Below, in pieces: positions 26,821 through 36,738 of a stretch of DNA of 64,000 nucleotides. Within the stretch, counting starts at the first letter, position 1. Every line of letters starts with the position of its first letter. Source of the DNA: Escherichia coli (GTDB lineage: Bacteria; Pseudomonadota; Gammaproteobacteria; Enterobacterales; Enterobacteriaceae); assembly GCF_030384885.1 (NCBI RefSeq), contig NZ_CP128613.1; one strand, written 5' to 3'. A program made the position numbers and the translations under genes. The notes under the pieces are model-generated. The model had not been told where the DNA came from and ran no database searches. It worked only from the letters and a program-made list of their open reading frames with translations.

Positions 26821-28014
26821 ATGACTAAAGTGACACGCGCAGTAATTGTGGGAGGCGGGATCGGCGGTGCGGCAACTGCGCTGTCACTGGCCCGCCAGGG
26901 GATCAAAGTGGTGCTGCTGGAAAAGGCGCATGAGATCGGTGAGATCGGCGCAGGTATCCAGTTGGGGCCAAATGCGTTTTCGGCGTTGGATAGTCTTGGT
27001 GTTGGCGAAATCGCCCGCCAACGTGCGGTATTCACCGATCACATCACCATGATGGACGCGGTGAACGCCGAAGAAGTGGTGCGTATTGAAACCGGGCAGG
27101 CCTTTCGTGACCATTTCGGCGGCCCTTACGCGGTGATCCACCGCGTTGATATTCATGCCTCGGTGTGGGAAGCGGTACTGACGCATCCGAACGTGGAGTA
27201 TCACACCTCTACGAATGTCGTGGATATTCGTGAGACGGAAGACGATGTCACCGTTTTCGACGATCGAGGTAATAGCTGGAGCGGCGATATTTTGATTGGA
27301 TGTGATGGCGTGAAGTCAGTGGTGCGCCAGAGCTTATTAGGCGATGCGCCGCGCGTCACCGGTCATGTGGTCTACCGTGCGGTTATCGATTGTGCGGATA
27401 TGCCGGAAGATTTACGTATTAATGCGCCGGTATTGTGGGCGGGGCCGCACTGTCACCTGGTGCATTATCCTTTGCGCGGCGGCAAGCAGTATAACCTGGT
27501 GGTGACATTCCACAGCCGCCACCAGGAAGAGTGGGGCGTGAAGGATGGCAGTAAAGAGGAAGTGCTTTCCTATTTTGAAGGCATTCACCCGCGTCCTCGC
27601 CAGATGCTGGATAAACCGACGTCATGGCGACGCTGGTCAACGGCCGATCGTGAACCGGTAGGGAAATGGGGGACTAACCGCATTACGCTGGTGGGCGATG
27701 CGGCCCATCCGGTGGCGCAGTATATGGCACAAGGTGCCTGTATGGCGCTGGAAGATGCAGTAACGCTGGGTAAGGCGCTGGCGCAGTGTGAGGGTGATGC
27801 GGCGCAAGCTTTTGCGCTGTATGAGTCGGTACGTATTCCGCGTACCGCGCGCATCGTCTGGTCGACCCGTGAAATGGGGCGGGTTTATCACGCCGCAGGG
27901 GTAGAACGTCAGGTACGTAACCTGCTGTGGAAAGGGAAATCGCAGGCAGAGTTTTATCGCGGCATGGAGTGGCTGTACGGCTGGAAAGAAGATAACTGTC
28001 TGCAACCACGCTGA
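26821..28014 (+). CDS. mhbM: FAD-dependent aromatic monooxygenase, 3-hydroxybenzoate 6-hydroxylase / salicylate hydroxylase family
   Basis: N-terminal VIVGGGIGGAATALSL dinucleotide fold, DG and GD FAD motifs. Confidence 0.75.
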   Translation: MTKVTRAVIVGGGIGGAATALSLARQGIKVVLLEKAHEIGEIGAGIQLGPNAFSALDSLGVGEIARQRAVFTDHITMMDAVNAEEVVRIETGQAFRDHFGGPYAVIHRVDIHASVWEAVLTHPNVEYHTSTNVVDIRETEDDVTVFDDRGNSWSGDILIGCDGVKSVVRQSLLGDAPRVTGHVVYRAVIDCADMPEDLRINAPVLWAGPHCHLVHYPLRGGKQYNLVVTFHSRHQEEWGVKDGSKEEVLSYFEGIHPRPRQMLDKPTSWRRWSTADREPVGKWGTNRITLVGDAAHPVAQYMAQGACMALEDAVTLGKALAQCEGDAAQAFALYESVRIPRTARIVWSTREMGRVYHAAGVERQVRNLLWKGKSQAEFYRGMEWLYGWKEDNCLQPR

Positions 28015-28042
28015 GTACTTCTTACCCAATCAGGTGCACGGA

Positions 28043-28084
28043 CGGTCCCCTCGCCCCTTTGGGGAGAGGGTTAGGGTGAGGGGA
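28043..28084. repeat. G-rich imperfect palindromic element at island junction
   Basis: ggtcccctcgcccctttggggagagggttagggtgagggg; family not recognised. Confidence 0.4.
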
Positions 28085-28173
28085 AAAATCTTGCCCGAAT
28101 TAATCAGTAAGTCAGTTTGTCTGCAAACACCAGAGGCGCTAACATAGCGCCTCATTTTTTTGCGGGTGATGAT

Positions 28174-29124
28174 ATGCGTGTGTTACTGGCGCCGATGGAG
28201 GGTGTACTCGACTCTCTGGTGCGTGAATTGCTGACCGAAGTTAACGACTACGATCTGTGCATCACCGAGTTTGTCCGCGTGGTGGATCAACTGCTGCCGG
28301 TAAAAGTTTTTCATCGCATTTGCCCGGAGCTACAAAACGCCAGCCGAACGCCATCCGGTACGCTGGTGCGCGTGCAATTGCTGGGTCAGTTCCCACAATG
28401 GCTGGCAGAGAACGCCGCCCGTGCGGTGGAGTTAGGTTCCTGGGGCGTGGATCTTAATTGCGGCTGTCCGTCGAAAACGGTTAACGGTAGCGGCGGCGGG
28501 GCGACACTACTCAAAGATCCTGAACTCATCTACCAGGGTGCAAAAGCGATGCGTGAAGCTGTACCGGCGCATTTGCCCGTCAGTGTGAAAGTGCGTCTGG
28601 GCTGGGACAGCGGTGAGAAGAAATTTGAAATCGCCGATGCGGTTCAACAGGCTGGCGCTACGGAGTTGGTGGTGCATGGGCGGACAAAAGAGCAGGGGTA
28701 CCGCGCGGAGCATATTGACTGGCAGGCGATTGGCGAGATTCGCCAACGGCTGAATATTCCGGTGATTGCCAACGGTGAAATCTGGGACTGGCAGAGCGCG
28801 CAACAGTGTATGGCGATCAGCGGCTGTGACGCGGTGATGATTGGTCGCGGAGCGCTCAATATTCCCAATCTGAGCCGAGTGGTAAAATATAACGAACCGC
28901 GAATGCCGTGGCCGGAGGTGGTTGCTTTGCTACAAAAATATACCCGTCTGGAAAAGCAGGGCGATACCGGGTTATATCACGTTGCGCGGATTAAACAGTG
29001 GTTGAGTTATTTGCGTAAAGAATACGATGAAGCAACAGAATTATTTCAGCATGTTCGGGTGTTGAATAATTCCCCTGATATTGCAAGGGCTATTCAGGCA
29101 ATTGCTATCGATAAGCTGCGATAA
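28174..29124 (+). CDS. dusC: tRNA-dihydrouridine(16) synthase
   Basis: Start at [10 protein letters not shown] (track start 28117 is upstream extension); Dus family TIM barrel. Confidence 0.9.
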   Translation: MRVLLAPMEGVLDSLVRELLTEVNDYDLCITEFVRVVDQLLPVKVFHRICPELQNASRTPSGTLVRVQLLGQFPQWLAENAARAVELGSWGVDLNCGCPSKTVNGSGGGATLLKDPELIYQGAKAMREAVPAHLPVSVKVRLGWDSGEKKFEIADAVQQAGATELVVHGRTKEQGYRAEHIDWQAIGEIRQRLNIPVIANGEIWDWQSAQQCMAISGCDAVMIGRGALNIPNLSRVVKYNEPRMPWPEVVALLQKYTRLEKQGDTGLYHVARIKQWLSYLRKEYDEATELFQHVRVLNNSPDIARAIQAIAIDKLR

Positions 29125-29506
29125 TAGTGGAATCGCAGCTTACCAGAGACAATGAGTCGTTTATTCAGCTTCATCATCTTGTTGCGCTCCTTTCATGAGC
29201 TAAGCCATATATTGCCACTGGCGCAAGGCGCGCAGGGGAAGGACAATCGCCTCCTCCCCCTGCAAGCCCGGGCTCTGGCGAACAAAATCGCCGTTGCGCG
29301 GTACCTTCAGCTTATCCCCTTCGTCTACCGTGTCGTGCGCGAGTTAACGTATATGGACGCTCCCTCAGCCCACATTCATGTGGGCTGTCCCGGCCTTCGG
29401 GGAACGCTTCAGCGATTTTGACGCCACCAACACCGGAGCTGTTTGCAAATCAAGTACACAAAATATCGAGTTCCTGACCTGACAACTTATATGCCATATC
29501 TGATTT

Positions 29507-29590
29507 TTAAAATATCATCTTAAATACGCCAGTCACCACCAGTAGTCCAATCAGGAAAATAATCAATACAGCCCAGAGTATAATTTTCAT
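29507..29590 (-). CDS. yohP: Small membrane protein YohP (27 aa)
   Basis: Minus-strand ORF MKIILWAVLIIFLIGLLVVTGVFKMIF with AAGGA Shine-Dalgarno; below the ORF-track length cut-off. Confidence 0.8.
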   Translation of the reverse strand: MKIILWAVLIIFLIGLLVVTGVFKMIF

Positions 29591-29813
29591 TGGCGTTCCT
29601 TTATTTGTGAGTGTCGAATAAGTATAGGAAAAAACGAAGCCCTTTGCCGTTACTCATAAGTGATTAAGATAAATCGGAGAATATCATTCACTTACTGTAT
29701 ATTTTTCTGAATATGTCGTTTTATTGCCACTGATGTATTGCCACGCGAAACTAAAAAATATATTGAATCACACGGTAATCTCCGCGCACCTTTTCTTACC
29801 TGACTATTCCTCC

Positions 29814-31250
29814 ATGAATCGTGATTCCTTTTACCCAGCCATCGCCTGTTTTCCTCTGTTACTGATGCTGGCCGGGTGTGCGCCTATGCATGAAACCCGC
29901 CAGGCGTTAAGCCAGCAAACACCCGCTGCGCAAGTTGACACCGCATTACCTACGGCGCTGAAAAATGGTTGGCCAGACAGCCAATGGTGGCTGGAGTATC
30001 ACGATAATCAACTCACTTCATTAATTAACTATGCACTGCAGAACGCACCGGATATGCAGGTGGCTGAACAGCGCATTCAGCTGGCTGAAGCCCAGGCGAA
30101 GGCAGTTGCCACTCAGGATGGCCCTCAGATCGATTTTTCTGCGGATATGGAGCGGCAAAAAATGTCGGCAGAAGGGCTAATGGGGCCGTTTGCTCTGAAC
30201 GATCCTGCCGCAGGTACGACCGGTCCGTGGTACACCAATGGTACTTTTGGCTTAACGGCGGGCTGGCATCTTGATATTTGGGGAAAGAATCGGGCGGAGG
30301 TTACTGCTCGCCTCGGTACGGTTAAAGCACGGGCGGCGGAACGCGAGCAAACCCGCCAATTGCTGGCTGGCAGCGTTGCCCGCCTTTACTGGGAGTGGCA
30401 AACCCAGGCAGCGTTAAACACTGTTTTGCAGCAAATCGAAAAAGAGCAGAACACCATTATCGCGACCGATCGCCAGCTATACCAGAACGGGATTACTTCT
30501 TCAGTTGAAGGTGTGGAAACCGATATTAATGCCAGCAAGACCCGGCAGCAGCTCAACGATGTCGTGGGAAAAATGAAAATTATTGAGGCACGGTTAAGCG
30601 CACTTACAAATCACCAGATAAAGTCATTGAAGCTTAAACCGGTTGAGTTGCCGAAAGTGGCAAGTCAGCTTCCTGATGAACTGGGGTATTCATTGCTGGC
30701 ACGGCGGGCAGATTTGCAGGCAGCGCATTGGTACGTTGAGTCATCGTTAAGCACCATTGATGCGGCAAAAGCGGCATTTTACCCTGACATCAACCTGATG
30801 GCCTTCCTGCAACAGGATGCGTTGCACTTAAGCGATTTGTTCCGTCATTCCGCGCAGCAAATGGGCGTTACGGCAGGCCTGACGCTACCCATTTTCGATA
30901 GTGGTCGTCTTAACGCCAACCTCGATATTGCAAAAGCCGAAAGCAACTTGTCTATCGCCAGCTACAACAAAGCGGTGGTTGAAGCGGTGAATGACGTGGC
31001 GCGGGCAGCCAGTCAGGTTCAGACGCTGGCGGAGAAAAACCAGCATCAGGCGCAAATTGAGCGCGATGCCTTGCGTGTGGTAGGTCTTGCGCAGGCCCGC
31101 TTTAACGCGGGTATCATTGCTGGTTCCCGCGTCAGCGAAGCCAGGATCCCGGCGCTGCGTGAGCGGGCCAATGGCCTGTTATTGCAAGGGCAGTGGCTGG
31201 ATGCCTCCATTCAACTCACTGGTGCGTTGGGCGGGGGTTACAAACGCTGA
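29814..31250 (+). CDS. mdtQ: Outer membrane efflux lipoprotein (OMF/NodT family), apparently intact
   Basis: Lipoprotein signal ...LLMLAGC; TolC-like repeats; uninterrupted 478 codons from MNRDSF. Confidence 0.8.
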   Translation: MNRDSFYPAIACFPLLLMLAGCAPMHETRQALSQQTPAAQVDTALPTALKNGWPDSQWWLEYHDNQLTSLINYALQNAPDMQVAEQRIQLAEAQAKAVATQDGPQIDFSADMERQKMSAEGLMGPFALNDPAAGTTGPWYTNGTFGLTAGWHLDIWGKNRAEVTARLGTVKARAAEREQTRQLLAGSVARLYWEWQTQAALNTVLQQIEKEQNTIIATDRQLYQNGITSSVEGVETDINASKTRQQLNDVVGKMKIIEARLSALTNHQIKSLKLKPVELPKVASQLPDELGYSLLARRADLQAAHWYVESSLSTIDAAKAAFYPDINLMAFLQQDALHLSDLFRHSAQQMGVTAGLTLPIFDSGRLNANLDIAKAESNLSIASYNKAVVEAVNDVARAASQVQTLAEKNQHQAQIERDALRVVGLAQARFNAGIIAGSRVSEARIPALRERANGLLLQGQWLDASIQLTGALGGGYKR

Positions 31251-31302
31251 TGATATACGCCTTCTATACTTAACGTTTATTCAGCGTTAAGTGGAGAACT
31301 CG

Positions 31303-32064
31303 ATGGCACAGGTCGCGATTATTACCGCTTCCGATTCGGGGATCGGCAAAGAGTGCGCGTTATTACTGGCGCAGCAGGGTTTTGATATTGGTATTACCTG
31401 GCACTCAGATGAAGAAGGGGCAAAAGATACCGCGCGTGAGGTGGTTAGCCACGGCGTACGTGCGGAGATGGTGCAGCTCGATCTCGGTAAACTGCCAGAG
31501 GGGGCACTGGCGCTGGAGAAACTTATTCAACGGCTGGGGCGCATCGATGTGCTCGTGAATAATGCGGGCACAATGACCAAAGCGCCGTTTCTTGATATGG
31601 CTTTCGATGAGTGGCGCAAGATTTTTACCGTTGATGTTGATGGTGCATTTTTATGCTCGCAAATTGCGGCCCGCCAGATGGTGAAACAAGGGCAGGGCGG
31701 TCGCATCATCAACATTACGTCGGTACATGAGCATACGCCGCTGCCGGATGCCAGCGCCTATACAGCCGCTAAACATGCACTCGGTGGGCTAACCAAAGCG
31801 ATGGCGCTTGAGCTGGTCAGGCATAAGATTTTGGTGAATGCAGTCGCGCCTGGGGCTATCGCCACGCCAATGAATGGCATGGATGACGGCGACGTGAAGC
31901 CCGACGCGGAGCCTTCGATTCCCCTGCGGCGTTTCGGCGCAACGCATGAGATTGCCAGCCTGGTGGCGTGGTTATGCTCTGAAGGCGCAAATTACACCAC
32001 CGGGCAGTCGTTAATTGTCGATGGTGGCTTTATGCTGGCGAATCCGCAGTTCAACCCAGAATAG
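31303..32064 (+). CDS. yohF: Short-chain dehydrogenase/reductase
   Basis: TASDSGIG Rossmann motif, Y-x3-K catalytic motif (YTAAK). Confidence 0.85.
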   Translation: MAQVAIITASDSGIGKECALLLAQQGFDIGITWHSDEEGAKDTAREVVSHGVRAEMVQLDLGKLPEGALALEKLIQRLGRIDVLVNNAGTMTKAPFLDMAFDEWRKIFTVDVDGAFLCSQIAARQMVKQGQGGRIINITSVHEHTPLPDASAYTAAKHALGGLTKAMALELVRHKILVNAVAPGAIATPMNGMDDGDVKPDAEPSIPLRRFGATHEIASLVAWLCSEGANYTTGQSLIVDGGFMLANPQFNPE

Positions 32065-32193
32065 CACAGTGAGGTGCGTGGTTATTTCAATGGGTAATAT
32101 TTGGTAGGCATGGTAAGACGTGCAAGCGTCGCATCAGGCATGGTGCGACGGATGTCGGATGCGGCGCAAACCACCTTATCCGAGGCAATGGTT

Positions 32194-32772
32194 TTACGCC
32201 TGATCATCCGGCTTTTTCTTCCCGCGCCGTTTCAGCCACCAGCGCACGCCAACCACCAGAACCACGACCAGGATCAACCAGACCCAGTGCTTCAAATGCT
32301 GGTCGAGATTGTGCAACCACGGCGCAATCACCTGACCACCAGCATAACCGATAGTGGTAAAAATCAACGCCCAGGCAAATGCGCCGAGAATATTCAGCGG
32401 CAGAAAGATTTTCGGCGGCAGCTGGCTGGCACCAATCAGCGTCGGGCCAATGACCCGAAAGCCATACATAAAACGCGTACCAATGACAAACAGATACGGA
32501 TGGCGCTGGATAAGTTTCTGCGCCCGCTCAATTTTATCCTGATGCTTAGAGAAGCGGCGTAACAGCTTGCCACCAAACCGCCGCCCGCACAGATAAAGCA
32601 CCTGGTCGCCAATCATGCCGCCAAGCGCTACAGAAAGTACCACCAGCGGGAACTTTAATAACCCCTGATGTGCCGCAACGCCTCCCAGCAACGTCACGGT
32701 TTCACCTTCCGCCAGACTTCCGAGCACCAGCGCAGCATAACCATATTGTGAGATGAGTGTATTGAGATCCAT
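32194..32772 (-). CDS. yohD: DedA-family inner membrane protein
   Basis: Start taken at MDLNTLISQYGY. Confidence 0.8.
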   Translation of the reverse strand: MDLNTLISQYGYAALVLGSLAEGETVTLLGGVAAHQGLLKFPLVVLSVALGGMIGDQVLYLCGRRFGGKLLRRFSKHQDKIERAQKLIQRHPYLFVIGTRFMYGFRVIGPTLIGASQLPPKIFLPLNILGAFAWALIFTTIGYAGGQVIAPWLHNLDQHLKHWVWLILVVVLVVGVRWWLKRRGKKKPDDQA

Positions 32773-32941
32773 AGGCCCGTCTGTCTCCCTTTGGTTGCTT
32801 GTAAGCATACACCCTGTGAATCATTCACGCTGAAAAAGGACGCTCATCAGACGGTGCAAATTCTATGAATGCACAAAAAATAATCACAAGCTGACTTATA
32901 CTTGAACTGTCAGGTTCATGAACTCACAACAAGGGGGCGGT

Positions 32942-33529
32942 ATGAGCCATGTCTGGGGACTGTTTTCCCATCCCGATCGTGAAATGCAGGTGATTAATCG
33001 CGAAAACGAAACGATTTCTCATCACTACACCCACCACGTTTTGCTGATGGCGGCGATTCCGGTGATTTGCGCCTTCATTGGCACTACACAGATTGGCTGG
33101 AATTTTGGCGATGGCACTATCCTGAAGTTATCCTGGTTCACCGGACTGGCGCTGGCCGTCTTGTTTTATGGCGTTATGCTGGCTGGGGTCGCGGTGATGG
33201 GGCGGGTCATTTGGTGGATGGCACGCAATTACGCGCAGCGTCCGTCGCTTGCGCACTGTATGGTCTTCGCGGGCTACGTTGCGACGCCGCTGTTTTTAAG
33301 CGGTCTGGTGGCGCTTTACCCGCTGGTCTGGTTGTGTGCGCTGGTCGGCACGGTGGCGCTGTTTTACACCGGCTACCTGCTTTACCTCGGTATTCCAAGC
33401 TTCCTGAATATCAACAAAGAGGAAGGCCTTAGCTTCTCCAGTTCGACGCTGGCGATTGGCGTGCTGGTACTGGAAGTGCTGCTCGCCCTTACCGTTATAC
33501 TATGGGGCTACGGTTATCGTTTGTTCTAG
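32942..33529 (+). CDS. yohC: Yip1-family inner membrane protein
   Basis: Start taken at MSHVWGLF. Confidence 0.8.
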   Translation: MSHVWGLFSHPDREMQVINRENETISHHYTHHVLLMAAIPVICAFIGTTQIGWNFGDGTILKLSWFTGLALAVLFYGVMLAGVAVMGRVIWWMARNYAQRPSLAHCMVFAGYVATPLFLSGLVALYPLVWLCALVGTVALFYTGYLLYLGIPSFLNINKEEGLSFSSSTLAIGVLVLEVLLALTVILWGYGYRLF

Positions 33530-33702
33530 CAAGTTCTTTTGCGTTGCATTGCTGGCGTAAATGTCAGCAATGCAGCATTTCCTCACGATTCTTCTTTGAC
33601 GATCGCACTTTTTGCTCGTTATGATGGCGTCGCTAGCCTCAGTAAATCCTTACTCCGGCGGTGCGCAACCTGTGCGCGTGAACCACTATCTGAATGCTCA
33701 TC

Positions 33703-34635
33703 ATGCCGAAATTTCGAGTTTCTTTATTTAGCCTGGCCCTGATGCTGGCTGTGCCTTTTGCACCGCAGGCCGTTGCGAAAACGGCAGCCGCTACCACCGC
33801 TTCACAGCCGGAAATTGCCTCCGGTAGCGCTATGATTGTTGATCTGAATACCAACAAAGTGATCTATTCGAACCACCCGGATCTGGTGCGTCCGATTGCG
33901 TCTATCAGCAAATTAATGACCGCGATGGTTGTGCTGGATGCACGATTGCCGCTGGATGAAAAACTGAAAGTGGATATCAGCCAGACGCCGGAGATGAAAG
34001 GGGTCTATTCGCGCGTACGACTGAACAGCGAAATCAGCCGTAAAGATATGCTGTTGCTGGCGCTGATGTCTTCAGAAAACCGCGCGGCGGCAAGCCTTGC
34101 GCACCATTATCCCGGTGGTTACAAAGCCTTTATTAAGGCGATGAATGCGAAAGCGAAATCGCTCGGAATGAACAACACGCGCTTTGTTGAACCGACCGGA
34201 TTGTCGGTGCATAACGTTTCAACTGCCCGTGACTTAACCAAACTGCTCATTGCCAGCAAACAATATCCGTTGATTGGTCAGTTAAGTACTACCAGGGAAG
34301 ATATGGCAACCTTCTCTAACCCGACGTATACGCTGCCGTTCCGCAATACTAACCATCTGGTGTATCGCGATAACTGGAATATTCAGTTAACCAAAACGGG
34401 CTTTACCAATGCGGCGGGCCATTGTCTGGTGATGCGTACGGTTATCAATAATAAACCGGTAGCGTTGGTGGTGATGGACGCGTTTGGCAAATATACCCAT
34501 TTTGCCGATGCCAGCCGCCTGCGTACCTGGATTGAAACCGGTAAAGTGATGCCTGTTCCGGCAGCAGCGTTGAGCTATAAAAAACAAAAAGCCGCCCAGA
34601 TGGCGGCGGCGGGGCAGACGGCGCAGAACGATTAA
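33703..34635 (+). CDS. pbpG: D-alanyl-D-alanine endopeptidase (PBP7)
   Basis: Signal peptide, SxxK motif (SISK), SEN motif (SSEN), KTG motif. Confidence 0.9.
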
Positions 34636-34815
34636 GGGTAGGCAGGATAAGGCGTTTACGCCGCATCAGGCATTCGGAGCACGATGCCTGATGCGATGCT
34701 TGCGCATCTTATCAGGCCTACAAACGTGACGCGTCCGTAGGCAGGATAAGGCGTTCACGCCGCATCCGGCATTCGGTGCACGATGCCTGATGCGATGCTT
34801 CTATTTGCATCAGGC
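34636..34815. repeat. BIME: two tandem ~60-bp units each containing REP palindromes
   Basis: aggcaggataaggcgtt(t/c)acgccgcatc(a/c)ggcattcgg(a/t)gcacgatgcctgatgcgatgctt occurs twice. Confidence 0.8.
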
Positions 34816-34827
34816 ATCCAGCCGTAT

Positions 34828-36543
34828 TTACTCCACTTCCTGCCAGTTTTTCCGCTTACTGGTTTTACCGATCCCCGGATTCATGCTGTTGGTCGGATCG
34901 TTCTCGCGATAGAACTTCTGCAACGTCTCCGGTGCTTTATACAAATGACCGACGTTATGCTCGGCAGGGTATTGCGCGCCGCGCTGCTGTAGCAGTTCCA
35001 GCATCTGTTCTTTCAACGCATGCACATCCACGCCTTTTTTAACGATGTAATCCTGATGGAAGACATAGCACATAAAATGGCCGTAATAGAGCTTGTGCAC
35101 CAGCTGGCAGTCGATCTCCGGCGGTAAATGCTCATACCACTCGGTGTCGTTACGCCGCAGAGCGATATCCAGTGCCAGAATGTCTTCGACTTCATCGGAA
35201 TGCACCGCCTGATAACGAATTGCTGCGCCCGCAGCGGCGAAACGGTGTAAAAACGCTTTGCTGCCTTCTTCCGGCGTACAGACAAAGAAATCGCCCTCGG
35301 CCTGTTTGAAATAATCCACCAGCCACGATTTAGCTTCGCCGACGCCATCGCCCGCCATTTTTAACAGCAGATGATGTTCATATTTATCGCGCCAGCTTTT
35401 CATGCGCGGTGGTAAATGGCTGGGGAACAAGTGACCGAATTTTTGCATCGCACGGTCGGTAAAATGCGGACGGAAGAATTTCACTTTCTCCAGCATCGCA
35501 TCGGTGCGTCCCTTGAGATTAAAGAAGAACGGCATCTTGTCGGTGCCTAACTTATCAATCATCAGGAAGGTGTCTTTGCCGTATTTTTCCGCAATATCGT
35601 AGATATCCCGGTGCATATATTCCCCGGCAACTGGCAGATTTTCGAAATTAGCCAGGATATGGCGGCGGATTTCGGTCAGCACTTCCGGCTGGTTGGTGCC
35701 GATATAAAACACTTGCTGATTTTTTTCTGCTTCGAAGGTATCAAGACGTACCGCAAAGACGGCCAGTTTACCGGCGCAACCGGAGGATTCAAACAGGCGA
35801 TCCGGGTCGGCGTTATAACGTGCTGGTGTGTCGGCTTCAATATCACGAACGCGGTGGACATAGTCATAATCGTGGGCGTGACGACCATCGTGGCGCACAT
35901 CGTCATCTTTGATGCGATCGTCATCCAGCTTGCTAAGGATCTGCTCCGGCGTTTCGCCGAGATCAATCCCCAGATGGTTCACCAGCGTCAGTTTGCCGTC
36001 TTCATTTATACGCGCGAATAACGACATTTCGGTATACGCCGGGCCACGCTGCACCAGCGAGCCGCCGGAGTTGTTACAGATACCGCCGATGACTGATGCG
36101 CCTATACACGATGAGCCAATCACCGAGTGCGGTTCGCGTCCCAGCGGTTTGAGGGCTTTTTCCAGCGAATAAAGCGTGGTGCCCGGATAGGCCAGCACCT
36201 GTTCGCCCTTGCCAAGAACATGTAGTTTGTCGAGACGCAGGGTGCTGATGATCACGATATCGCGATCATAGTCGTTACCGTTTGGCGTCGAGCCTTCGGT
36301 CAGACCTGTATTGGCAGCCTGCATCAGAATAATTTTGTCGGCGGTGACGCAGGCTTTCAGCACCCGCCACAATTCCAGTAGTGAGCCAGGGAAAACGACA
36401 GCCAGCGCGTCGCCCTGACCAGAACGGAAGCCCTTGCGATAGCGGGCCGTTTTTGCGGGATCGGTGAGCAGGTGTGAATGACCGACCAGACGGGCAAGTT
36501 CATTCAAAAAGGCTTTATTATCAGTTGTTGTCATGGAAGACAT
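34828..36543 (-). CDS. dld: FAD-dependent D-lactate dehydrogenase (membrane-associated)
   Basis: Start at MSSMTTTDNK; matches recalled Dld. Confidence 0.9.
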   Translation of the reverse strand: MSSMTTTDNKAFLNELARLVGHSHLLTDPAKTARYRKGFRSGQGDALAVVFPGSLLELWRVLKACVTADKIILMQAANTGLTEGSTPNGNDYDRDIVIISTLRLDKLHVLGKGEQVLAYPGTTLYSLEKALKPLGREPHSVIGSSCIGASVIGGICNNSGGSLVQRGPAYTEMSLFARINEDGKLTLVNHLGIDLGETPEQILSKLDDDRIKDDDVRHDGRHAHDYDYVHRVRDIEADTPARYNADPDRLFESSGCAGKLAVFAVRLDTFEAEKNQQVFYIGTNQPEVLTEIRRHILANFENLPVAGEYMHRDIYDIAEKYGKDTFLMIDKLGTDKMPFFFNLKGRTDAMLEKVKFFRPHFTDRAMQKFGHLFPSHLPPRMKSWRDKYEHHLLLKMAGDGVGEAKSWLVDYFKQAEGDFFVCTPEEGSKAFLHRFAAAGAAIRYQAVHSDEVEDILALDIALRRNDTEWYEHLPPEIDCQLVHKLYYGHFMCYVFHQDYIVKKGVDVHALKEQMLELLQQRGAQYPAEHNVGHLYKAPETLQKFYRENDPTNSMNPGIGKTSKRKNWQEVE

Positions 36544-36738
36544 TTTCCACTCCTTGTGGTGGCGAAAAAATATCACAAACTAGAATAGCGCCTTGTATGA
36601 CAATTCAGCGAGTGAATATTTTGAAAATTCAGACAATAAACTGAGCATTCTTTTTCTCTCTCCATCATGCTTATGGCAAACTACGGTTTTTGCACCATTT
36701 TCGCTGCCTCGTCGGGCAACAGAGGAAGAATAATCCAT

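Noticed and set aside
29152-29421. 89-aa plus-strand ORF between dusC and yohP
   Set aside because: No convincing SD and no motif I recognise; may be a remnant or non-coding. Kept out of features for lack of support.
32101-32562. 153-aa plus-strand ORF
   Set aside because: Antisense to yohD; arginine-rich.
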